A stretch of DNA of 64,000 bases, from the NCBI RefSeq assembly GCF_044704955.1, contig NC_092006.1:5828001-5892000 (forward strand), in the 5' to 3' direction. Under the pieces are notes generated by a model that worked only from the letters and a program-made list of their open reading frames with translations, made no database searches and was not told the DNA's origin. This DNA comes from Pristiophorus japonicus. Lineage: Eukaryota. This document shows positions 46,986 through 57,344 of the stretch, piece by piece. The translations under genes and the position numbers were made by a program. How positions within the stretch are numbered: the stretch's first letter is position 1; each line of letters starts with the position of its first letter.

Positions 46986-48631
46986 TTCTTTCTAGCCCCT
47001 GCATAATGTATCTGTTTAAGTCTCAAATGAGGTACTGTATACTGGGATTACTCCAACCCCGGTAGATTTCTCTATTTGAACTAACCGGAACTACGCGTGA
47101 GTTGGATAAAATTTACCAAAGATATTTGATAGCATTCCATTGCTACCACAAGTCACACACCACCTCGGGATTTCCGGATCTGCTTTACAGCCAACGGAGC
47201 AACATTTTCAAGTGTGGTCACTGGTGCAATGTCGGGACACGCGGCCAATTTCCGCACAGCAAGCTCCCACAAACTCACGCTTACCAAAAGAAAATCACTA
47301 AACTGGCTGTAAAGCGCGTTGGGACGTCCTGATGTCGTGAAAGGCACTATATAAATTCCCTAAATTAAGAAGTGTGGGTTATAGACAGGCCCCAGTCTCT
47401 AGAACTTGTCGGTCCCTGTTTACCGATTACACCTAGTTCGAACAGAAATGCACACAGTAAAGTTAGTTATTTATTCTCAATATTGTTTCCGATCCTCCTT
47501 TTTCTAAGAGGAGCCAATTCTAGTTCTCGGGTCTGTTTCTTGCACAGTCCTCGGGCCTTATCTTGTGTGTTTTTACATTCTTAACACGTCTACATTACAT
47601 CTGACTTCTCCATACCTCAAATATGTGCTCACCCCCCACCCCGTTATAGAGAAGGCTGTATGGATCCTATCCACTACCGTCTCACAATAGAGATGTTTCC
47701 ACTTGTGGGAGAGCCTAGATCTAGGGGGCCATCACTATACGACAGTCACCCATAAATCCAATGGGGAATTCAGGAGAAACTTCATCACCCAGAAAATGGG
47801 GAGAATGTGGAACTCGCTGCCAAAGGGAGGGGTTGAAACATAGAATCATAGAAAATAGGTGCAGGAACAGGCCATTCGGCCCTTTGAACCTGCACCACCA
47901 TTCAATATGATCATGGCTGATCATGCAACTTCAGTACCCCATTCCTGCTTTCTCTCCATACCCCCTTGATCCCTTCAGCCGTAAGGACCACATCTAACTC
48001 CCTTTTGAATATATCCAACGAACTGGCCTCAACAACTCTCTGCAGGAGAGACTTCCACAGGTTCACAATTCTCTGAGTGAAGATGTTTCTCCTCATCTCG
48101 GTCCTAGATGGCTTACCCCTTATCCTGAGAGTGTGACCCCTGGTTCTGGACTTCCCCAACATCGGGAACATTCTTCCTGCATCTACCCGGTCCAATCCCG
48201 GCAGAATCTGAGGCGAATAGTATCGATGCATTTAAGGGGAGGCTGGATCAACACATGAGGGAGAAAGGAATAGAAGGATATGGGGATGGGGTGAGATGGA
48301 GAGTGGTGGGAGGGGCTGGTGTGGAGCATAAACCCCGGCACGGAGCGGTGGGGCTGAATGATCTGTTTCTGTGATGTACATTCTCTCTAATTTTCGAGAG
48401 AAAAGTGCCCCAGTCTGTTGAGCCTTTCCTGATCAGTATAACCTCTCTCAATTCTGGTGTCATCTTTCTGAATCTTGTTTACACCCGCTCCAGTGCCTCT
48501 ATATTCTTTTGAAAGATGGAGACCAGAACCGTGCGCAGTGCTCCAAGTGTGGTCAAACTAACATGCGTAGAGACGAGGTGCCTTCTGTAACACAGATGGT
48601 GTGTGTGTGTTTTATCTCTTTACCTGTAAAA

Positions 48632-48645
48632 ACAGGAAACCCACA
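48632..48645 (+). promoter_or_regulatory. Candidate ETS (GGAA) + RUNX-like promoter element of gene 4
   Basis: ACAGGAAACCCACA ~190 nt upstream of the ATG. Conserved at gene 3 (42025-42038, -) and as ACAGGAAACCCGCA at gene 2 (28228-28241, -). Confidence 0.4.
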
Positions 48646-48826
48646 CAGAGCTTTCTGCCTTGGCACTATTTTGCAGCCCAAATCGTACATTTATTAATAA
48701 ACACAGTGCGTGCTTACCACAATTGGCTCGGCATTTCACACCAGCCTCGCACCGACCTGCTGACAAGCATTCCTCCCTGAGCTGCCAGTCCCAGCATCAG
48801 AGTTCAACCCTCCTGGGGCAGTGATA

Positions 48827-48869
48827 ATGAGCTTCTGTGGCCTCTGTGTGCTGTTCCATCTCTTCCAAG
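48827..48869 (+). CDS. Gene 4 exon 1, signal peptide (MSFCGLCVLFHLFQ)
   Basis: ataATG start, donor G|gtgaga. Confidence 0.8.
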
Positions 48870-51800
48870 GTGAGATAGCCTTCGATGTTTTGCCAGAGTG
48901 GGGAAGGGGTTAGGAGAGAGTCAACCAAGGGAAGGGTTTTGGAGCGAATTAATAAGGAAAAGGGTTTTGGAGAGAATTAATAAGGTGAAGGGTTTTGGAG
49001 GGAATTAATAAGGAGAAGGGTTTTGGATAGAATTAATGAGGAGAAGGGTTTTGGAGAGAATTAAAAAGGAGAAGGGTTTTGGAGGGAATTAATAAGGAGA
49101 AGGGTTTTGGAGAGAATTAAAAAGGAGAAGGGTTTTGGAGGGAATTAATAAGGAGAAGGGTTTTGGATAGAATTAATAAGGAGAAGGGTTTTGGAGAGAA
49201 TTAAAAAGGAGAAGGGTTTTGGAGGGAATTAATAAGGAGAAGGGTTTTGGATAGAATTAATGAGGAGAAGGGTTTTGGAGAGAATTAATAAGGAGAAGGG
49301 TTTTGGATACAATTAATCAGGAGAAGGGTTTTGGATAGATTTAATAATGAGAAGGGTTTTGGATAGAATTAATAAGGAGAAGGGTTTTGGAGAGAATTAA
49401 TAAGGAGAAGAGTTTGGATAGATTTAATAATGAGAAAGGTTTTGGATAGAATTAATAAGGAGAAGGGTTTTGGAGAGAATTAATAAGGAGCAGGGTTTTG
49501 GAGAGAATTAATAACGAGAAGGGTTTTGGAGAGAATTAATAAGGAGAAGGGTTTTGAATAGATTTAATAATGAGAAGGGTTTTGGATAGAATTAATAATG
49601 AGAAGGGTTTTGGATAGAATTAATAATGAGAAGAGTTTGGATAGATTTAATAATGAGAAAGGTTTTGGATAGAATTAATAAGGAGAAGGGTTTTGGAGAG
49701 AATTAATAAGGAGAAGGGTTTTGGATACAATTAATAAGGAGAAGGGTTTTGGATACAATTAATAAGGAGAAGGGTTTTGGATAGAATTAATAAGGAGACG
49801 AGTTTGGATAGATTTAATAATGAGAAAGGTTTTGGATAGAATTAATAAGGAGAAGGGTTTTGGATACAATTAATAAGGAGAAGGGTTTTGGATAGATTTA
49901 ATAATGAGAAGGGTTTTGGATAGAATTAATAAGGAGAAGGGTTTTGGAGAGAATTAATAAGGAGAAGGGTTTTGGAGAGAATTAATAAGGAGAAGGGTTT
50001 TGAATAGATTTAATAATGAGAAGGGTTTTGGATAGAATTAATAAGGAGAAGGGTTTTGGATAGAATTAATAAGGAGAAGGGTTTTGGAGAGAATTAATAA
50101 GGAGAAGGGTTTTGGATAGAATTAATCAGGAGAAGGTTTTGGAGAGAATTAATAAGGAGAAGGGTTTTGGAGAGAATTAATGAGGGGAAGGTTTTGGAGA
50201 GAGTTAATAAGGAGGAGGGTTTTGGAAAGCATTAATAAGGAGAAGGGATTTGGAGAGAATTAATAAGGAGAAGGGTTTTGGATAGAATTAATAATGAGAA
50301 GGTGTTTTGGATAGAATTAATAATGAGAACGGTTTTGGATAGAATTAATAAGGAGAAGGGTTTTGGAGAGAATTAATAAGGAGAAGGGTTTTGGATAGAT
50401 TTAATAATGAGAAGGGTTTTGGATAGAATTAATAATGAGAAGGGTTTTGGAGAGAATTAATAAGGAGAAGGTGTTTTGGATAGAATTAATAATGAGAACG
50501 GTTTTGGTTAGAATTAATAAGGAGAAGGGTTTTGGAAAGAATTAATAAGGAGAAGGGTTTTGGAGAGAATTAATAATGAGAACGGTTTTGGATAGAATTA
50601 ATAATGAGAAGGGTTTTGGATAGAATTAATAAGGAGAAGGATTTTGGAAAGAATTAATAAGGAGAAGGGTTTTGGATAGATTTAATAAGGAGAAGGGTTT
50701 TGGATAGATTTAATAAGGAGAAGGGTTTTGGATAGAATTAATAATGAGAAGGGTTTTGGATAGAATTAATAAGGAGACGGGTTTTGGATAGAATTAATAA
50801 GGAGAAGGTTTCCGATCGAGTAAAGAAGGAGAGATTGTTTCCAGTGGGAGGAGGGTGGGTAAGCAGAGGACACATGTTTGAGATAATCGGTAACAGAACC
50901 AGAGGGGGAGTTCAGGACGTGATTTCAAGCCCTGGGAGCTTGTGCTCGGGAACGCGCTGCCTGAAAGGGGCACTGGGAGCAGATGAAAAAGTGACTTTCA
51001 AACGGGGGAATTGGATAAATATTTGGAAAGGAGGCAATATGCCGGGCTGTGGGGAAAGAGCAGGGGCGGAGTGGGAATGATTGAGTCGCTCTGTCACAGA
51101 GCCGGCACAACACAGGTTTGATGGGCCGAATGGCCTCCTGTGTTGCATCGTTCGATGATACACAAGTTTGCGTTTAACTATAATTTTTTTAAGAAGCAGC
51201 TTAGATATTGGGCAAAGTATAAAGGTGTGCGGGCTTCGCTCAATACCGATCGCGCGACTTTGGAGCCGAACATTGTGATGGGTGAGTGGAAGCGAATGTG
51301 ACACTGAACTGCCCCCTAACTGAGATAAAGATGTCAGTGAACTCCGGTATTTGAAGGCGAGGGTCTGCCGTTGGGAGAGGGGGGCCTGTCTAGTGGAATT
51401 AGTGAGAAAGCTATCGCCCCATTTTAACATAATCAAGCGCCCCCCGGTCCCCAACCCCTGGAGAGATGGATTGGAGAGCCGGGTTAGACCAGGGGGAAGC
51501 ATAATCGGTTTGGGAGAAGGCTTTTGCAATCTTAACTGCAGCCAGTCGCCATGGTGCTCGCCAATGATTGGAGCGGATTTCACAGCGAACGGACTCGGAC
51601 TGTGCGCCTGTGGGAATTGCGGGCGGAGAGGCGCAATTTAACGGTGCGCAGCGCGGCGGAATGTCCCACACGCGCTCCCGACGCGCCAGTGGAGGGGAAT
51701 TTGAGATGTGTCGGTATCCAGGGTGACTCGGGGGCCTATAACCTGTTGTTAATATTGTGTTTTTTTAATTTTTGTGTCCCCCCCCCCCCCCCCCCCGCAA

Positions 51801-54800
51801 CCTTGTCTCAGCTGTCGTGTCTCAGGCGGTCTTGAGCCAATTTCCGGCGCTGCTAACGGCCGATGTCGGGAGCCTGGTCAAACTGCAATGCCAGTCCGGG
51901 AGGCTGGCCCCGGGCATCGTTTACTGGTACACACACTGGCCCCGAGAGGGCATGCGGCTCGTTTACAAAACCGGACGGTTCGTGACGCCCGGGGGAAGAT
52001 TTTCCGGCGAGGTATGCAAGCAATCGGGGAATTATTCGCTGGTCATTGACAACGTCCAGAGGAACGATTCTGGGCGGTATTACTGCGCTGCTCCAAACGC
52101 CGGGAATCGGACCCTGATATTCGGGACTGGCACCACGCTGGTGATCACAGGTAATCCCACACGCCCATCCAATTGTGCGTCGAGACACCAATTCAAACCT
52201 GCCTTGTGCGCCTGGTTAATTCCAATTTCCCTTCCATCTAGCGGGCCCCCCGGTCCTCTTCCTCTTAACGCCGCCGCCGGCTGAGATTCCCCGGCTGGAG
52301 AGGGTGCCCTTGATGTGTCTGGTGCGGGGCGCTGCTCCCGACTCCTCCCCCATCCGCTGGCTGGTTGCGGGACGGGCCGCCGAGGGACGGAGCGAGCCCG
52401 GGACGCTGGAGCCGGACGGGAGCTATACCGCCAGAAGCGTCCTGAGCGTTTCGGCCGAAACCTGGCGCAGCGGCGCCGTCTGCACTTGCACCGTTCCGAT
52501 CAACGCCACCGGGGATCTCCTGAGTGAAAGCGTCGCGTCTCCGGGAGGTAACTGGAGCTACTGGCGGTTTGCCAAAGAGTTAGTGATAATAATGTTCATT
52601 ATAGTATTGCTGGGATGTGAGGGTTTTTTTTGCACGAGAGATTGTGTAGAATGGGCCTATGTTCTCTGGAGTTTCGTATAAGATTATGAGGGGGCTTGAC
52701 AAGGTGGATGCAGAGAGGATGTTTCCACTGATGGGGGAGTCTAGAACTAGAGGGCATAATCTCAGAATAAGGGGCCGCCCATTTAAAACTGAGATGAGGA
52801 GGAATTTCTTCTCTGAGGGTTGTAAATCTGTGGAATTCGCTGCCTCAGAGAGCTGTGGAAGCCGGGACATTGAGTAAATTTACGATAGAAATAGACAGTT
52901 TCTTAACTGATAAGTAACTAAGGGGTTATGGGGAGCGGGCAGGGAAGTGGAGCTGAGTCCATGATCGGATCAGCCATGATCGTATTGAATGGCGGAGCAG
53001 GCTCGAGGGGCCGAATGGCCGACTCCTGCTCCTATTTCTTATGTTCTTATGGAGTTTCGAAGAAGGAGAGGTGATCTCATTGAAACGTACAAGACTCTGA
53101 GGGGGATTGACAGGGTGGATGCAGGGAGGGTGTTTCCCCCCGGGGCTGGGGAGTCTAGAACCAGGGGTCACACAGTCTCAGGGTAAGGGGTTGGCCATTT
53201 AAGACTAAGATGGGGAGAACGTTCTTCACTTGCGATTTACTACGTTACAGGCGCTATATAAATATAAGTTGTTGTATATTGGGAGCACTAGTATGGAAAA
53301 GTAGTATTTTATAAATGACATGAGTTTGGAAAACAGCGAGACAGAGAGAGACCATATACACAAACCTGTAAATGTGGGAAGGGCAGGTTGGCGAGCTGGT
53401 TAAACTGGCTTACGGGGTACTTGAATTTATATAAGGAGATATTAGAACAGTTGACCAAAAGCTTGGTCAAAGAGGGAGGTTTTACAGAAGGAGGAGAGGC
53501 GGAGAGGTTTAGGGAGAGAGTTCCAGAGCTTGGGGCCCCAGGCAGCTGAAGGCACGGCCACCAATGGTGGAGCGATAGAAATCGGGGGGAATGCTCAAGA
53601 GGCCAGGATTGGAAGAGCACAGAGATCACAGCCACTTACGTTGAGACAGTTCATAGTTCGTCACCATGTCTTTGATGATTCGGGCCAAAAACCAGCTTCA
53701 AACCCTCAGCGGACGAGGTTTCAGAATTTGACTGAATTATTTTGTGTTTCGCTCATTTCACAAGAGTTGTCTTTCTGCCGTTCAGAGCCCCTTCACAGCT
53801 CGACCTGCCGCTTCGCGCTTTATGCCAGCCTGGCGATGGCTCCTCTTGTGATGGGGTTGATCGGTGTCGCGGTGGCACGGCGTGGCAAGACTCGCCAACC
53901 AGGTACTGCCCGTCTGAGCCAAACCCTCAATTTCGCCTTTAGCTGAACCTCTCCCTTTGGCGTGCCGGCCTGGACATTAACGCCAGTCATCTTCTTAAAC
54001 CTAGAGAGTGCAGCCACGACTGACCGAGGTACCGCTTCAAGAATAAAGAAAGCAGAAGAGGAGGTAGGTGCCACAAAGATGGGAGATGTTATTTTCATTA
54101 AAGAGCGGGGGGCGGGACTAATTGGATCATGCTTTCAAAGAGCCGACACAAGCTCGAAGGGCCAACTAGCCTCCTTCTGTGCTGTAAGATTCTATACTGG
54201 TGTCAAGTGTTTCATTGGTGTCCATGGACATGTCCGTTGTCAGTAACTTCAATGAGACATTCACATTAATACACTTGTGCCTCTCTCAGAAACAACCCAA
54301 AGCTATTCACCTGCAATGAATTGCATAAGAACATAAGAACATAAGAATTAGGAACAGGAGTAGGCCATCTAGCCCCTCAAGCCTGCTCCGCCATTCAACA
54401 AGACCATGGCTGATCTGGCCGTGGACTCAGCTCCACTTACCCGCCCGCTCCCGTAACCCTTAATTCCCTTATTGGTTAAAAATCTATCTATCTGTGACTT
54501 GAATGCATTCAATGAGCTAGCCTCAACTGCTTCCTTGGGCAGAGAATTCCACAGATTCACAACCCTCTGGGAGAAGAAATTCCTTCTCAACTCGGTTTTA
54601 AATTGGCTCCCCCGTATTTTGAGGCTGTGCCCCCTAGTTCTAGTCTCCCCGACCAGTGGAAACAAACTCTCTGCCTCTATCTTGTCTATCCCTTTCATTA
54701 TTTTAAATGTTTCTAGAAGATCACCCCTCATCCTTCTGAACTCCAACGAGTAAAGACCCAGTCTACTCAATCTATCATCATAAGGTAACCCCCTCATCTC

Positions 54801-56297
54801 CGGAATCAGCCTAGTGAATCGTCTCTGTACCCCCTCCAAAGCCAGTATATCCTTCCTTAAGTAAGGTGACCAAAACTGCACGCAGTACTACAGGTGCGGC
54901 CTCACCAATACCCTATACAGTTGCAGAAGGACCTCCCTGCTTTTGTACTCCATCCCTCTCGCAATGAAGGCCAACATTCCATTCGCCTTCCTGATTACCT
55001 ACTGCACCTGCAAACTAACTTTTTGGGATTCATGCACAAGGACCCCCAGGTCCCTCTGCACCGCAGCATGTTGTAATTTCTCCCCATTCAAATAATATTC
55101 CCTTTTACTGTTTTTCTTCCCAAGGTGGATGACCTCACACTTTCCGACATTGTATTCCATCTGCCAAACCTTAGCCCATTCGCTTAACCTATCTAAATCT
55201 CTTTGCAACAGTGATGTCTTGCATTTAAATAGCGCCTTTGATGTCCTAAGGCGCTTCACAGGAGCATTAGTCAGACAAAAATTAAAGGTCGAACCCCACG
55301 AGGAGAGATTACGACAGGTGAGCAAAGGCTTGGCCGAGGAGGGAGGTTTTAAGGAGGAGAGAGGGGCGGAGAGGTTTAGGGAGGGAGTTCCAGAGCTTGG
55401 GGCCCAGGCAGCTGAAGGCACGGCCACCGATGGTGGAGCGATTATAATCAGGGATGGTCAAGAGGGCAGAATTGGAGGAGCAGTAGGAGATAGGGAGGGA
55501 TGTAGGTGCTGGAGGAGAGTACAGAGATAAGGAGGGGTGTATGGGCTGGAGGAGATTACAGAGATAGAGAGGGGTGTAGGGGCTGGAGCAGGTTACAGAG
55601 ATAGGGAGGGGTGTAGGGGTTGGAGGGGGTTACAGAGATAGGGAGGGGTGTAGGGGTTGGAGGGGGTTACAGAGATAGGGAGGGGTGTAGGGGCTAAAGG
55701 AGGTCACAGAGATAGGGAGGGATGTAGGGGCTGGAGGAGGTTACAGAGTTAGGGAGGGATGTAGAGGCTGGAGGAGGTTGCAGAGATAGGGAGGGGTGTA
55801 GGGCTGGAGGAGAGGCAGTACTGAGGGAGCGCCGCACTGTCGGAGGAGCAGTACTGAGGGAACACCGCACTGTCGGAGGGACCGTCTTTCGGCTGAGACG
55901 TTAAACCGAGGCACCATCTGCCCTCTCGGTTGTAAAAGATCCCGGGGCCACTATTGGAAGAAGAGCAGGGGGAGTTCTCCCTGGTGTCCTGGGGCCAATA
56001 TTTATCCCTCAACCAACATCACTAAAAACAGATGATCCGGGTCATTATCACATTGCTGTGTGTGGGAGCTTGCTGTGCGCAAATTGAGCTGCCGCGTTTC
56101 CCACAATACAACAGTGACTGCACTTCAAAAAGTACTTCATTGGCTGTAAGGCGCTTTGGGACGACCGGTGGTGGTGAAGGGCGCTATAGAAATGCACGTC
56201 TATTTCTTTTCAATATAGTTGAGCAGGAAGGTAACGGTTTTCTCGTGTTGTTCCTTCACAGACTATGTACGCGCACCTGGCATTCGCTGTGGATTAG
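48827..56297 (+). CDS. Gene 4: spliced IgSF receptor, L-VJ-C1-TM-tail with TMYAHL motif (~299 aa)
   Basis: Exons 48827-48869, 51812-52150, 52242-52547, 53786-53902, 54005-54063, 56262-56297 (900 nt, open). AATAAA at 56510-56515. Confidence 0.88.
48930..50810. repeat. 28-bp minisatellite in gene 4 intron 1 (reverse complement of the gene 3 array)
   Basis: gggttttggagagaattaataaggagaa, ~67 units. Confidence 0.95.
51812..52150 (+). CDS. Gene 4 exon 2, joined VJ domain
   Basis: ..KLQCQSG..VYWY..RFSG..DSGRYYCAAPNAGNRTLIFGTGTTLVIT. tgtctcag acceptor, G|gtaatc donor. Confidence 0.94.
52242..52547 (+). CDS. Gene 4 exon 3, C1-set domain
   Basis: GPPVLFLLTPP..VPLMCLVRG..PIRW..DGSYTARSVLSVSAETWRSGAVCTCTV. 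ccatctag acceptor, G|gtaact donor. Confidence 0.92.
53786..53902 (+). CDS. Gene 4 exon 4, stalk + TM
   Basis: EPLHSSTCRFALYASLAMAPLVMGLIGVAVARRGKTRQP, 117 nt as in gene 2. Confidence 0.83.
54005..54063 (+). CDS. Gene 4 exon 5, cytoplasmic (ESAATTDRGTASRIKKAEEE)
   Basis: aacctag acceptor, GAG|gtaggt donor, 59 nt. Confidence 0.78.
54325..55206 (-). mobile_element. CR1 LINE 3' fragment
   Basis: ORFs 54369-54881 and 54999-55427 carry CR1 peptides. Confidence 0.88.
55210..56205. repeat. L2-like remnant with 37-bp array fused to a headless Deu-type SINE
   Basis: 37-bp units at 55485-55810, SINE body at 55815-56205. Confidence 0.75.
56262..56297 (+). CDS. Gene 4 terminal exon (TMYAHLAFAVD*)
   Basis: ttccttcacag acceptor, phase 0, TxYxxL motif. 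Confidence 0.8.
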   Translation, partial: TMYAHLAFAVD

Positions 56298-56687
56298 ACC
56301 GCATCGTGAGAGCGGGAAGGGTTTGCCAATATCCTCCCGGTCCGGATCGGAAGAGTTGGGGCCTTGAGAAATACAGCGCCCACTCGCCGCGCCCTCAGTC
56401 ACAACCTGTGCACGGTGACCATTCACTCCAATGTCCCCGAACTCCCAGTGTGACTTTCCTCTGCCGGTAGTTTTGATCAATCTTTGATTCTTGTCTTTAT
56501 TAGCGTTGCAATAAAAAACATTTTATTCTCTTTACAACCTCATGCCCACTTCGAATGCATCCGTTATCAGACACAGAGAAGCGGAATTTATTGTTGAAAT
56601 CGATGATAACTGTTGCTAAAGGGGCCAATTATCTCAGGATTTGTGTTCAGTTTAACTGTCAGAGGGACGAACGTGCATTTTAGATCA

Positions 56688-57340
56688 CATAGAAACATAG
56701 AAAATAGGTGCAGAACAGGCCATTCGGCCCTTCGAGCCTGCACCACCATTCAATATGATCATGGCTGATCATTCACCTCAGTACCCCTTTCCTGCTTTCT
56801 CTCCATACCCCTTGATCCCTTTAGCCGTATCTAAGGGCCACATCTAACTCCCTCTTGAATATATCCAACGAACTGGCCTCAACAACTCTCTGTGGTAGAG
56901 AATTCCACAGGTTCACAACTCTCTGGGTGAAGAAGTTTCTCCTCATCTCGGTCCTAAATGGCTTACCCCTTATCCTTAGACTGTGACCCCTGGTTCTGGA
57001 CTTCCCCAACATCGGGAACATTCTTCCTGAATCTAACCTGTCTAATCCCGTCAGAATTTTATATGTTTCTATGAGATCCCCTCTCATTCTTCTAAACTCC
57101 AGTGAATATAGGCCCAGTTGATCCAGTCTCTCCTCATATGTCAGTCCAGCCATTCCGAGAAACAGTCTGGTGAACCTTCGCTGCACCCCCTCAATAGCAA
57201 GAACGTCCTTCCTCAGATTAGGAGACCAAAACTGAACACAATATTCCAGGGGTGGCCTCACCAAGGCCCTGTACATCCCGGGAATCAGTCTGGTGAACCT
57301 TCACTGCACTCCCTCAATAGCAAGAACGTCCTTCCTCAGA
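56688..57340 (-). mobile_element. CR1 3' fragment with internal tandem duplication (host of the long CR1)
   Basis: The host sequence resumes at ~60203-60300. Confidence 0.8.
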
Positions 57341-57344
57341 TAGA

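Larger units (their letters stand above)
36894..52553. repeat. Large inverted repeat: arms ~36894-44740 and ~47380-52553
   Basis: Near-identical from the C1 donor to ~42480/~48215. More diverged but alignable at 44010-44740 vs 47380-47740. Confidence 0.9.

Noticed and set aside
50912-51671. 223-aa and neighbouring ORFs duplicated at 37618-38617
   Set aside because: Intronic, no recognisable domain, broken in the other arm, and partly LINE-derived.
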